DNA of 64,000 nt from an uncultured Rickettsiales bacterium (lineage in GTDB: Bacteria > Myxococcota_A > UBA796 > UBA9615 > CAYRNR01): NCBI GenBank assembly GCA_964639985.1, contig CAZXHG010000011.1, positions 7,871 to 71,870 of the forward strand, written 5' to 3'. Positions 45,660 through 55,197 of this stretch are shown here, in pieces. The translations under genes and the position numbers were made by a program. The notes beneath the pieces are model-generated. The model was given only the letters and a program-made list of their open reading frames with translations. It was not told the DNA's origin and made no database searches. The first letter of the stretch is position 1, and the number at the start of each line of letters is the position of its first letter.

Positions 45660-47245
45660 GCCGCCTCGCCCTGCTCCTGGCCGTCGCAATCGCCTTGCCC
45701 GCGCTCGCCGCGGAGCCACCCGCGCCGGTCGAACCCCCGGAGTGGATCTCCCTGGACGGATACCTGCGGACGCGTGGCGCGCTGTTCGTCAACCACGACC
45801 TGGACCGCGGATCGACCCACACCACGGGCGAACCGGTGTTCCCCATCCCGCCGTCCGGCGGGCAGATCCTCGGATCGGTGGATGCGCGCCTGCGCCTGGA
45901 CCTGGGCATCCACGTGGGGGACGTGGTGTGCGTGCACGCCCGCATCGACGCCCTGGACAACCTGGTGCTGGGCTCCACGCCCGAGGGGTTCCCCCGCACC
46001 CGCTGGGCGCCCATGGCCTGGGCCTCCACCGGTCAGGAGGCGCCCTCGGCCGGGACCAACAGCTTCAGCGACAGCGTCCGGGTAAAGCAGGCCTGGGGCG
46101 AGGTGTTCACCCCGATCGGGATCCTGGCCGTGGGCCGCATGGGCCTGCCCGCCTGGGGCCTGGGCGTGGTGGCGGCCGGGTCCGACGGGCTGGACGACGA
46201 CTACGACGACGACGTGGACCGCGTCGCCTTCGTGACCTCCTTCCGCGACCACTTCGTGGGCGCGTCGTTCGACCTCAACGCCATCGGCCCGACCACGGCC
46301 TCGACCAGTGGCGCCAGCACGCGGCGCGCCATCGACCTGGAGATGCGGGACAACGTGTACACGGTGTCGGTGGCCCTGGGCCGTAAGACCACCGACGAGG
46401 CGCTGGCGCGGCGTCGCGCCTGGGGCCGGCCGACCTTCGACTACGGCCTGTACGCCACCTATCGCTGGCAGCAGGCCGAGTTCCCTGCGTTCTACCTGTC
46501 CGGGCTCGACGGCGAGGACATGGACTGGGCCACGGACGACGCGCTGGCGCGGGACGTGCAGGCCCTGGCCCTGGACCTGTGGCTGCGTTTCGTCAGCGCG
46601 CGGGTGCGGGTGGAGTTCGAGGCCGCGTACCTGCGCGGCAGGGTGGGCAACTCGTCGCTGTACCCCGGCGTCGAGATGCCGCCGTTGACCTCCAACCAGG
46701 CGGGTGGCGCGCTGCAGGTCGAGGTGGTGGCCGTGCCCCGCAAGGTCGACGTGCAGCTCGAGCTGGGGCTGGCGTCCGGGGACGACGCCCCGGGCCTGGG
46801 CGTGGCCCCGCCCGTGGATCAGGCCACCTCTCATGCCGGTGACCTGGACGGCCCCCAGTTCCACATCGACGACGACCTGACGATGAACAACTTCCGGTTC
46901 CACCCCAACAAGGTGGTGGACGTGGTGTTCTGGCGGCAGATCGCAGGCACGGTCACGGACGCGTTCTACGCCCGGCCCGAGGTACGGCTGCACCCGAGCC
47001 CCTACTTCACCCTGGCGGTGGCCGGTATCCCGTCGTGGGCGGTCAGGGCGTCGTCCACGCCCAGCGGCACGCCCTTCTACGGCTTCGAGGTCGACCTGCA
47101 CGCCCGCTGGCACCCGGTGCCCGGGTTCGAGGTGCGGGCCGACCTCGGCGCGTTCTTCCCCGGCCGCGCGCTGGACAACCCCACCAAGGACCTGGTCGCG
47201 AAGCCGGCCCTGGGCGCCCACCTGATGGTGGCGTTCCCGTTCTGA
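45656..47245 (+). CDS. outer-membrane beta-barrel protein
   Basis: signal peptide AIALPALAA; alternating amphipathic strands; C-terminal aromatic (…MVAFPF). Confidence 0.65.
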   Translation: MSRLALLLAVAIALPALAAEPPAPVEPPEWISLDGYLRTRGALFVNHDLDRGSTHTTGEPVFPIPPSGGQILGSVDARLRLDLGIHVGDVVCVHARIDALDNLVLGSTPEGFPRTRWAPMAWASTGQEAPSAGTNSFSDSVRVKQAWGEVFTPIGILAVGRMGLPAWGLGVVAAGSDGLDDDYDDDVDRVAFVTSFRDHFVGASFDLNAIGPTTASTSGASTRRAIDLEMRDNVYTVSVALGRKTTDEALARRRAWGRPTFDYGLYATYRWQQAEFPAFYLSGLDGEDMDWATDDALARDVQALALDLWLRFVSARVRVEFEAAYLRGRVGNSSLYPGVEMPPLTSNQAGGALQVEVVAVPRKVDVQLELGLASGDDAPGLGVAPPVDQATSHAGDLDGPQFHIDDDLTMNNFRFHPNKVVDVVFWRQIAGTVTDAFYARPEVRLHPSPYFTLAVAGIPSWAVRASSTPSGTPFYGFEVDLHARWHPVPGFEVRADLGAFFPGRALDNPTKDLVAKPALGAHLMVAFPF

Positions 47246-47255
47246 GGAGACCCGG

Positions 47256-48089
47256 ATGAGGCGAGCGCTGGTGGTGATGGCGGCGGTGCTGGTCCAGGGC
47301 TGCGGTCCGTCCGTGCTCGCCGACGATCCGGGCTCGGCGCCGCTGCCCGAGTGCGCCGCCGAGCTCGACAGCACTATCACCCTCGACGAGCTGCCCCTGG
47401 CTCCGGGCATCGACGTGCGCTACACCCGCAACGGGGTGGGAGAGCCGGTGGACGTGGACCCGGACGGCGACGACCAGGGGGACGGCACCCGGCTGTGGGA
47501 CTTCTCCGGGGACGCCGGGGAGGTCGGCGCCACCTTGACGCTGCTCGATCCGACCGATGCGCCCCACGCGGAGCTCTTTGGGGACGCGACCTACGTGGCA
47601 CCACTGGCCCTGGAGACGCCGGACCTGCTCGGCTGGTTCCGCCTCGACGACCACGGCGACGGCAGCGGCGAGCTCGAGATGCTCGGCATGGCCACGGCCG
47701 ACGGCGTGGACCCGGCCAGCCGCACGCTGCTGGTGTACGACGAGCCCCTGGTGCTGTACCGCTTCCCCTTCGCCCTGGGCGACAGCTGGGAGCAGACCGT
47801 CACCTACCGCGACGCGGTGGCGTTCGGCATACGCGAGCAGGGCACGGAGCACTACCGCTTCGAGGTGGACGCGGTCGGCACCGTGCAGCTGCCCGGCCAC
47901 ATCGAGGTGTCGGATGCCCTACGCATCCGCGTGGACGTGGGCCAGACCCTGGCCATCGCCCAGGGCGAGCACACCCGCACCTTCCACCAGCTGCTGTGGG
48001 TGCGCCCCTGCTTCGGCGAGCTGGGGCGGATGGTGAGCACGGATCCGATGTTCGCCACGGTCGACGAGTTCCGCCGCTACTACCCCTGA
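47256..48089 (+). CDS. lipoprotein, family A paralog
   Basis: lipobox LVQGCG; paralogous to 43819-44742. Confidence 0.6.
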   Translation: MRRALVVMAAVLVQGCGPSVLADDPGSAPLPECAAELDSTITLDELPLAPGIDVRYTRNGVGEPVDVDPDGDDQGDGTRLWDFSGDAGEVGATLTLLDPTDAPHAELFGDATYVAPLALETPDLLGWFRLDDHGDGSGELEMLGMATADGVDPASRTLLVYDEPLVLYRFPFALGDSWEQTVTYRDAVAFGIREQGTEHYRFEVDAVGTVQLPGHIEVSDALRIRVDVGQTLAIAQGEHTRTFHQLLWVRPCFGELGRMVSTDPMFATVDEFRRYYP

Positions 48090-48135
48090 CTCCGGCGCCC
48101 GGCCGCGTGATAACGTGCCGGCTCGGAGGTCACCC

Positions 48136-48546
48136 ATGCGCTGTCCCGTCTGCGAGGCCGATACGCTGCACCCCCTGGAGCACGAGGGCGTGGAACTGGA
48201 CTTCTGCAGCGCGTGCAAGGGCACCTGGTTCGACCAGGGCGAGGTCGCGTTCTACGTGGAGACGGCCACGGACATGCCCGCGTTCAAGGACGTGGTCGGC
48301 ACGGCCCGGCCGACCGAGCGGCTGTGCCCCCACTGCCAGCGCGAGATGCTGGAGCTGAAGTACCGGCCCGAGGCCGGGCTGATGCTGGACGTGTGCGGCT
48401 CCTGCCGCGGCATCTGGCTGGACGCGGGCGAGCTGCGCTGGCTGGAGCAGCTGTCCACGGTGTTGCACGCGGACGGCAAGGTCATGCGCGCGGTCGGCGC
48501 GCTCGGAGCCAAGGGCTACGTGGTGCTGGGCGCCGGGGTCAAGTAG
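48136..48546 (+). CDS. TFIIB-type zinc-ribbon protein (2x CxxC...CxxC)
   Basis: CPVCEAD...CSACKG and CPHCQRE...CGSCRG with W...D spacing typical of zf-TFIIB. Confidence 0.6.
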   Translation: MRCPVCEADTLHPLEHEGVELDFCSACKGTWFDQGEVAFYVETATDMPAFKDVVGTARPTERLCPHCQREMLELKYRPEAGLMLDVCGSCRGIWLDAGELRWLEQLSTVLHADGKVMRAVGALGAKGYVVLGAGVK

Positions 48547-48550
48547 CCGC

Positions 48551-49651
48551 CTACAGGTACGACAGCCACCACCAGTGGCGCTTCGCCCGCTTGAGCCTGC
48601 GCCACCCGACGCAGGCCGGCCACAGCACGGCCAGCAGCCCCATCCACGCCAGGTAGATCAGCGGCAGGGACAGGTCCACGGTCGCGGGGATGGTGCTGTC
48701 GCCGTAGCGCAGCTGCGCGTGCACGATGCCGGCCGCGTGGATCAGCGGCAGGTGCATCAGGTAGAAGAACATCGGTACCCGGCCCCAGGCCAGCACCACG
48801 TCCGCGGTGGGGCCGCGCCAGCGGGCCAGCAGCGGCAGCGCGGCCACGGCGATGCCGAGGAACAGCAGCTGGAACATCAGCGACGGCGGGTACTTGCTGG
48901 GGTTGAGGAAGTGGGCGACCGTGGCCCAGTCCCCCCGCTCCTGCACCATCCACGCGCTGGGATCGCCGAACCCGTTGAGTGCACGCAGGCCGCCGAACAG
49001 CGCCAGCATCACCAGCCCGGCCAGCGGCAGCCAGCGCTGGCTGCGTTCGCCCACCAGCAGATCGGCTACCCCGTACCCGCAGGCCATCACCCCGAACCAC
49101 GGCAGGATGGCGTAGCTCAGGTGGAACTTGTGGCCCAACAGCTCGATGGTGTTGGGCTGGCACAGCACGCCGAGCACGGGCAGGTCGCCGGGCACGGGCA
49201 GCGCGGCGAACAGCAGCGTGAGGGTGAGTCCGAGCACCCCCACGGCCCGCGCGGGCAGCCACAGCACCGCGGCCAGCAGTACCATGGAGCCGCCGATGGC
49301 CCACAGCACGCCCAGGTGGGTGAAGTCGAGGTGGAAGTACCAGGCGAAGCTGACCCAGGTGCCCTCGAGCACCATCAGCCACAGACCGCGGGTCAGCAGG
49401 AAGCGCAGCGCGGGTCGGTCGGGCCGGTTCTGCCTGTACAGGGCCACGGCCACGCCCGCCAGGAAGATGAACCCCGGCGCGCAGAAGTGGCTGATCCAGC
49501 GGGTGACGAAGAACGCCACCGAGGTGGTGTCGAACGCCTCGGGGACCGAGCCCGCGGGTTGGAAGAAGTCGCGGGTGTGGTCCAGCGCCATGGCCGCCAC
49601 GATCAGGCCGCGCAGCAGGTCGATGGATGCGACTCGTCCAGGAGAGGTCAC
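48551..49651 (-). CDS. DUF1624/heparan-alpha-glucosaminide N-acetyltransferase-like membrane acyltransferase
   Basis: N-terminal R..SIDLLRG...ALDHTRDFF motif; ~10 TM. Confidence 0.7.
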   Translation of the reverse strand: MTSPGRVASIDLLRGLIVAAMALDHTRDFFQPAGSVPEAFDTTSVAFFVTRWISHFCAPGFIFLAGVAVALYRQNRPDRPALRFLLTRGLWLMVLEGTWVSFAWYFHLDFTHLGVLWAIGGSMVLLAAVLWLPARAVGVLGLTLTLLFAALPVPGDLPVLGVLCQPNTIELLGHKFHLSYAILPWFGVMACGYGVADLLVGERSQRWLPLAGLVMLALFGGLRALNGFGDPSAWMVQERGDWATVAHFLNPSKYPPSLMFQLLFLGIAVAALPLLARWRGPTADVVLAWGRVPMFFYLMHLPLIHAAGIVHAQLRYGDSTIPATVDLSLPLIYLAWMGLLAVLWPACVGWRRLKRAKRHWWWLSYL

Positions 49652-49720
49652 CGCGTGGCATACTACCGCGAGTTCCGGTGGGCTGCGCTGTTAAGATCGC
49701 GATCTCCTGTGGAGGTGCTC

Positions 49721-50701
49721 ATGGTTCCGGGTCGTTGGTGGCTGGTGGTCGTCGGGGCGTGGCTCGCCGCTCCCCTGTCGGCGGCGGTCGCGCAGGGGAC
49801 GGACGACGACGAGGCACCCGCCGAGCAGACCACGGCGGCCAGCAGCGAGGTGCCCGAGCATGGACAGCTAGGCGAGGGTGAGTTCGCCGGCCTGGTCTAC
49901 GACGCGGACCTGGAGATCTGGGTCCCGATCGAGGACGGCGTGGAGCCCCTGGCGCCCGAGCCGGTCGAGGAACCGGTCGTCGACGAGCCCACCGAGCCGC
50001 CTGCCGAGGACGTGGACCCGGAAGAGTCAGTGGAGAGCGTGGCGGACGACTCCGAGCCGCTGGTGGACGCCGCCCCTGCCGATTCCGGCGCCGAGGCCGA
50101 GGCGCCCGCGTACAGCCGGCGGGTGGGCCTGTGGATCGACCTGACCGTGGGGCTGAGCGCGCCCCGCCAGGTCAACGCGTACGTGGACGGGGCGCGGACC
50201 GTGTCGACCTACGCCGACGACCGCAAGCTGGGGGGCTACATCGGCGGCGGCATCGCCGCGCTGATCCCGGTGCGGTCGTGGCTGATCCTGCGGCCCAGCA
50301 TCGAGGGATACGTGGGCGCCAAGGGCTACACCGACCCGGCCGCAGTCGAGGGCACGGTGATCCTCAACGCCTTCGCCCCGGGCATCGCCGCGGACTTCGT
50401 GCTCAACCCCGGCGGCAAGGTGGTGCGCGGCTTCCTCAGCGCGGGCTTCGCCTTCGTCATCTCCGGGTTCGTGGGCGAGTCCGGCGACACCTTCCAGGGC
50501 ATCGGCCCCTCGGCCGAACTCGGCGGCGGCGTGCTGTGCTTCTGGGGCAGCCGCTTCAAGGTCGGCTTCCACGCGGGCATCTTCGGCCGCATCGCCCCCA
50601 CCGCGGTGGTCGCCTCGACCCACACCACGGCCCACCCGGCCGTGGAGGCCATCGACTTCAGCGGTGCGATGTTCAGGTTCGGGCCGGCGATCCGGTTCTG
50701 A
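49721..50701 (+). CDS. secreted/outer-membrane protein with acidic N-terminal region and C-terminal beta-barrel-like domain
   Basis: signal peptide; Asp/Glu-rich segment; ends FRFGPAIRF; ATG after GGAGGTG. Confidence 0.55.
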   Translation: MVPGRWWLVVVGAWLAAPLSAAVAQGTDDDEAPAEQTTAASSEVPEHGQLGEGEFAGLVYDADLEIWVPIEDGVEPLAPEPVEEPVVDEPTEPPAEDVDPEESVESVADDSEPLVDAAPADSGAEAEAPAYSRRVGLWIDLTVGLSAPRQVNAYVDGARTVSTYADDRKLGGYIGGGIAALIPVRSWLILRPSIEGYVGAKGYTDPAAVEGTVILNAFAPGIAADFVLNPGGKVVRGFLSAGFAFVISGFVGESGDTFQGIGPSAELGGGVLCFWGSRFKVGFHAGIFGRIAPTAVVASTHTTAHPAVEAIDFSGAMFRFGPAIRF

Positions 50702-50707
50702 GCCGCG

Positions 50708-51256
50708 TCAGCGCTTCTTCCCCAGCCGCTCCAGCAACGCATCCATGCGGCCGCGCAGGTCGTGCATGTCGTCCCCCTGACCCGGAGCGCCGCCGACCGC
50801 CGGCTGCTCGCCGCTGTCCGCGGCGGTCTCGTCGGCATCGACGGAAGGGTGCTCGCTGGGCGGCTCGGTGCGCTGGCCGGGCCAGCCGTCGAACATGGCG
50901 TCCACCTGCCGCTGGAACAGGCTGCCCGTGGCGTTGAACTGCTTCATCGCCATGCTCAGGAACGAGGCGAACGGGCCCTGCAGCATGGTGCCCTGCACCT
51001 TGATGATGTGGTGCAGCATCTCCACCGGGATCAGGTCGAGCCGGTCCTGCTCCTCGAGGATCACCTGGGTCAGCACCTGGCGGGTGAGGTCGGTGCCCTT
51101 GTTGGCGTCGACCACCTCCACCACCACGCCGTCGCGGATCATCTGGGCCAGGTCCTCGAGGGTGATGTAGCGGCTGCGGCGGGTGTCGTAGAGCCGGCGG
51201 TTGGCGTACTTCTTGATGGTCAGCGGCTCGCTGTTCGCGAATGCAACCGGGGACAT
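50708..51256 (-). CDS. phaR: polyhydroxyalkanoate synthesis repressor PhaR
   Basis: IKKYANRRLYDTRRSRYITLEDL N-terminal DNA-binding signature of PhaR; ATG after AAGGAG. Confidence 0.8.
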   Translation of the reverse strand: MSPVAFANSEPLTIKKYANRRLYDTRRSRYITLEDLAQMIRDGVVVEVVDANKGTDLTRQVLTQVILEEQDRLDLIPVEMLHHIIKVQGTMLQGPFASFLSMAMKQFNATGSLFQRQVDAMFDGWPGQRTEPPSEHPSVDADETAADSGEQPAVGGAPGQGDDMHDLRGRMDALLERLGKKR

Positions 51257-51422
51257 CACCGAGCTCCTTTTCGTGGTAGCGAACAAACTACCCCCGGGGT
51301 GGCGTCGAGGGCAACGTCTTTCTTGATGGTGCAGTGCAAAAAGTCGGTTGATCCGGGCGGGTGGAGGGGCTAGGATTCGAGGCGTACCTCATGTTGCAAC
51401 TGCGAAAAGACGGGAGAGCGGG

Positions 51423-51740
51423 ATGAGCGGATCGGATCGCAGCGGACCCTTCGGCTTCGGACCCCAGATGCTGGGGATGGGACAGGACGCGCTGGACGCG
51501 TGGTGGGCGCTGCTGCTGGAGAACCGCCAGCGCATGGAGCAGCTGGCCCGGTCGCTGCAGGACGCAGGCGGTGGTTCCGTGTCCCAGGACGACCTCTCCG
51601 CCGTGGTCGAGGCGCTGACCCTGGTCGAGAACCGGCTCGACGAGCTCGACGGGCAGGTGCGCACGCTGACCGCGGGCATGGCGCAGATCGTGGAGCTGCT
51701 CGAGCGCCTGGGTGGGGACCAGGACGGCGGCGATGACTGA
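51423..51740 (+). CDS. small coiled-coil protein, possibly phasin-like
   Basis: 105 aa; ATG after GGGAGAG; stop overlaps the next start; no recognisable domain. Confidence 0.4.
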   Translation: MSGSDRSGPFGFGPQMLGMGQDALDAWWALLLENRQRMEQLARSLQDAGGGSVSQDDLSAVVEALTLVENRLDELDGQVRTLTAGMAQIVELLERLGGDQDGGDD

Positions 51741-53544
51741 TCGGTCCCCGGCGCCCTGGGTGGTAGCGCTGACGATCCTGCTGCTCCCCGGCGCGGCGCG
51801 GAGCACGGACGCGTTCGATCCGACCGCGGTGGACGCCACCTGGGACGAGACCTCGACCGTGGCCCAGGACACCGACGGCCTGCCCCTGTGGGACCGGGTC
51901 GAGCGGCTGGTGGACGGGGACACGGTGCTGTTCCAGCAGGAGGACTTCCCGCCGGGGTGGGCGTGGGACGACGCGTCACCCGCATCGCCCCACGTGGCCA
52001 CCGCCTTCGGTACCGCCACCCCCCATTCGGGCACCTTCCTGCTGCACTTCGCGCCCGGCTGGGCGCTGGCCGACGAGCCCCGCCCGGTGCTGCTGATCCC
52101 GGGCGCGGGCGTCAGCGCCGGCGGGGTGATGGCGCCCCTGGCGCGGTTCCTGGCGGCCGAGGGGCGCTCGGTGTTCGCCATCACCTTCGCCCACCCCCAC
52201 GGCGACTGCTACCAGCAGGCCGAGCAGGTGGCCAACGCCGTGGCCCGCATCGCCGAGGTCACGGGCCGGGACACCGTGGATCTGGTCGGCCACAGCAAGG
52301 GGGCCATCGCCGCGGCCCTGTACGTGAGCAACCACGCGGGCGTGGACTGGGGCGCAGGCGATGACGAGCGCGGCCAGCGCTACACCCAGCGGGGCACGGC
52401 CTTCCGCGGCGACGTGCTGCGGTTCGTGGCCGCGGGTGCGCCCCTGGGCGGGGCGGACACCGCCTTCCGCTGGACCTCGGCGCACATGGCCACCGGCTGG
52501 GGCTCGGACCCGATCACGCCCAGCCCCTGGGCGTTCTTCTACCCGTACACGACCGGCAACCTGCTGGTGTACGAGGACCTGCGCGGGGTGGACCTGTGGC
52601 CGGACGAGGGCGACTCGTTCCCCGGCCAGGCGCAGCTGCTGGCCCCGTGGGACGACACCTACGACCTGCCCGGGTCGGATCCGGTGCTGGGGGTGTACGC
52701 GCTGCAGCAGGACTGGTTCACCACCTATCACGGGGGGTACGGCTTCTACAGTTTCTCGGCGGGCATCGACGACGCCATGGACGAGGCGGGCGGGCTGCTG
52801 GACAAGCTGCGCGGCGCGGGCGTGGACCCGGGCGTGGAGGTGGCGGCGCTCGCCGGGACCAACCCGCTCATCTGGCTCGACGGCCGCGAGGTGCTCGTGG
52901 ACGCGTTCGGCGAGTTCCTGGTGGACTTCCTGGGGCAGTCGTCGGCGTTCTACACCCAGTTCCTCGCCGATGTGATCGAGCCCCGCTTCCCCGGGTTCGA
53001 GCTGACCGACGACGAGCTGTTCGGGGTGACCCACGGCCACCTGGTGTTCGGCGAGATCTCCGGGCAGAGCGACGGCGTGCTGTTCACCGCGTCGGCCCTG
53101 GACACCGACGGCCTGCTGTCCCGCGGGGCGGTGCTGCTGGACGCGCACACCGCGGACCTGGCGCACATGGACCTGCTGTTCGCCGGCGACGAGATGGGCC
53201 AGTGGCTGATCGACGCGGGCAACGCCGATCCGGACGAGCAGGCCCACCTGCGGGCGCTGGGCGAGCGCTACCTGGCCGAGGACACCTTCTCCTGGGTCGA
53301 GGCCATGCTCGGTGACGACGACGACACGGCCGACGACGACGACAGCGCCGGCCCGGCCGACGACGACACGGCCGACGACGACACGGCCGACGACGACGAC
53401 AGCGCCCACGACGACACCCCGGCAGACGACGACGACCCGTGGGGCGATGGCTGTGAATGTGGTGTGGCCCACGGAGGCAGCCGGGCGGCCCTGCCCGCCC
53501 TGCTGCTGGTCGCGGCCGCGCTGCTGCGCCGGAGGAACGCATGA
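51733..53544 (+). CDS. secreted lipase/esterase-like alpha/beta hydrolase with poly-Asp linker and MYXO-CTERM-type tail
   Basis: signal peptide; GHSKG nucleophile elbow; D-rich tract; C-terminal GDGCECGVAHGG...LPALLLVAAALLRRRNA. Confidence 0.75.
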   Translation: MTDRSPAPWVVALTILLLPGAARSTDAFDPTAVDATWDETSTVAQDTDGLPLWDRVERLVDGDTVLFQQEDFPPGWAWDDASPASPHVATAFGTATPHSGTFLLHFAPGWALADEPRPVLLIPGAGVSAGGVMAPLARFLAAEGRSVFAITFAHPHGDCYQQAEQVANAVARIAEVTGRDTVDLVGHSKGAIAAALYVSNHAGVDWGAGDDERGQRYTQRGTAFRGDVLRFVAAGAPLGGADTAFRWTSAHMATGWGSDPITPSPWAFFYPYTTGNLLVYEDLRGVDLWPDEGDSFPGQAQLLAPWDDTYDLPGSDPVLGVYALQQDWFTTYHGGYGFYSFSAGIDDAMDEAGGLLDKLRGAGVDPGVEVAALAGTNPLIWLDGREVLVDAFGEFLVDFLGQSSAFYTQFLADVIEPRFPGFELTDDELFGVTHGHLVFGEISGQSDGVLFTASALDTDGLLSRGAVLLDAHTADLAHMDLLFAGDEMGQWLIDAGNADPDEQAHLRALGERYLAEDTFSWVEAMLGDDDDTADDDDSAGPADDDTADDDTADDDDSAHDDTPADDDDPWGDGCECGVAHGGSRAALPALLLVAAALLRRRNA

Positions 53545-54584
53545 CCGGATCGCTGACCGCGGTGAACGAGCTCGCCACACGACAGCGACGCTTCCTCGAC
53601 GCGACCGTGCTGCGGCACAACCCGGGACCCCGCTGGATCACCCCCAACGAGGTGGCGGTCGAGCAGTCCGCGTACCGGCTGCGGGTGTTTCGCGGCCCGG
53701 TGGACGGTCCCACCGTCCTGCTGGTCCCGCCCGAGGTCAACCGCGCCCACATCGTGGACTTCGCGCCCGGCCAGAGCCTGGTGCAGGCCGTGCTCGACGC
53801 GGGCTTCGGCCGCGTGGGCGTGGTGGAGTGGCGGGACGCCCGGCCGGACTCCAGGCGCGTGTGCGACCGGGACGTGGACGACTCCCTGGGCACGATCCTG
53901 GACTGCGCCGATCACCTCGGCGGGCCGGTCCACCTGGTGGGCCTGTGCCAGGGGGGGTGGGAGTCGGCCATGGTCGCCGCCCTGCACCCGGAGGTGGCGG
54001 CCTCCCTGACCCTGGTGGCCGCGCCCATCGACTTCCACGCCGGAGAGGGCGTGCTGAAGGACGTGGCCCGCAGCATGCCGATGACGACCTACGCCTCCCT
54101 GGTGGCGGCGGGTCGCGGCGCCATGCGGGGCGAGTTCATCTCCATGGGCTTCGACAACCTGCTGCCGCTGGAGCGCCACTGGCTGAAGTGGCTGCGGGTG
54201 TGGCGCGAGCTCGACGACGCCGAGGCCATGGAGCGCTTCCACCGGCTCGAGGACTGGTACCGCTGCCCCAAGGACCTGCCCGGCCCGATGTACCTGCGCG
54301 CCGTGCGCGAGCTGTTCAAGGAGAACCGCCTGGTGCAGGGGCGGTTCGTGGCGCTGGGGCGGACCGTGGACCTCGGTGCGATCACGTGCCCGCTGGCGCT
54401 GGTGATGGGTACGCGTGACCACATCACGCCGCCGGCGCAGACGCGCGCGGCAGCGGACCTGATGAGCTCCGAGCGGGTCCTGCGGACCGAGGTCCCGGCG
54501 GGGCACGTGGGCACGTTCATGGGGCAGCGGGCGCTGGAGGGGTACTGGCCTGATGTCCTACGGTGGTTGCTCGACCGATCCTGA
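53541..54584 (+). CDS. alpha/beta hydrolase with Cys lipase box, class III PhaC-like (tentative)
   Basis: VGLCQGGWES G-x-C-x-G box; 347 aa; start overlaps the lipase stop. Confidence 0.6.
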   Translation: MTGSLTAVNELATRQRRFLDATVLRHNPGPRWITPNEVAVEQSAYRLRVFRGPVDGPTVLLVPPEVNRAHIVDFAPGQSLVQAVLDAGFGRVGVVEWRDARPDSRRVCDRDVDDSLGTILDCADHLGGPVHLVGLCQGGWESAMVAALHPEVAASLTLVAAPIDFHAGEGVLKDVARSMPMTTYASLVAAGRGAMRGEFISMGFDNLLPLERHWLKWLRVWRELDDAEAMERFHRLEDWYRCPKDLPGPMYLRAVRELFKENRLVQGRFVALGRTVDLGAITCPLALVMGTRDHITPPAQTRAAADLMSSERVLRTEVPAGHVGTFMGQRALEGYWPDVLRWLLDRS

Positions 54585-54595
54585 GGGATTCGCCC

Positions 54596-55132
54596 TCAAC
54601 CCTCCTCGGACGAGCCTCTTTTCTTCCTGAACGGCGAGACGCCTGCCATGGTCAGGACTCGCTCGAGAACGTGGAGCAGGCTGACGTAGGCGAGGGCCCA
54701 GGCCACCCACGCGGGGAACCTCGGCTGCCGGTCCGCGAGCTCCAGGGCCAGCAGCGCCAGGGCGGCGTAGAGCAGGGGGAAGACCCACATCAGGACCTTC
54801 GAGTACGTGTACTTCCCCCCGATGAAGAAAGCGCGATCGTCCAGCCGAAACGAGCCGATGCCCTCGACCGCGCGGGTCGACCACTGCGCCAGGGCATAGC
54901 AGGGGATGCCCAGCAACCAGCAGGAGGTGGTCGCGAGCAGCCAGCTCCACAGCCCGCCGTCCACGTGCATGGACCACCCGATGCTGACCAGGGGAGCCAG
55001 GAGCAGTGATATCGGCCCGAGGTGGCCGGGAAAGGTCGGGTTGGGCACCCAGCGCAGGTCCCAGGAGAACAGGAGCATGGCCAGCACCGCGTTGACGGTC
55101 GCTGCGAGGGCGGCGATCAGGAACAGGGACAA
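54596..55132 (-). CDS. hypothetical 5-TM membrane protein
   Basis: TTG start inferred; coding-like GC3 bias; five hydrophobic segments. Confidence 0.45.
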   Translation of the reverse strand: MSLFLIAALAATVNAVLAMLLFSWDLRWVPNPTFPGHLGPISLLLAPLVSIGWSMHVDGGLWSWLLATTSCWLLGIPCYALAQWSTRAVEGIGSFRLDDRAFFIGGKYTYSKVLMWVFPLLYAALALLALELADRQPRFPAWVAWALAYVSLLHVLERVLTMAGVSPFRKKRGSSEEG

Positions 55133-55197
55133 GAGGAGTACCGTCGTCGTCCTCGCAACCCCTGGTGGCGGATGGCTGTTCCCCGGCCGGTGAATCG

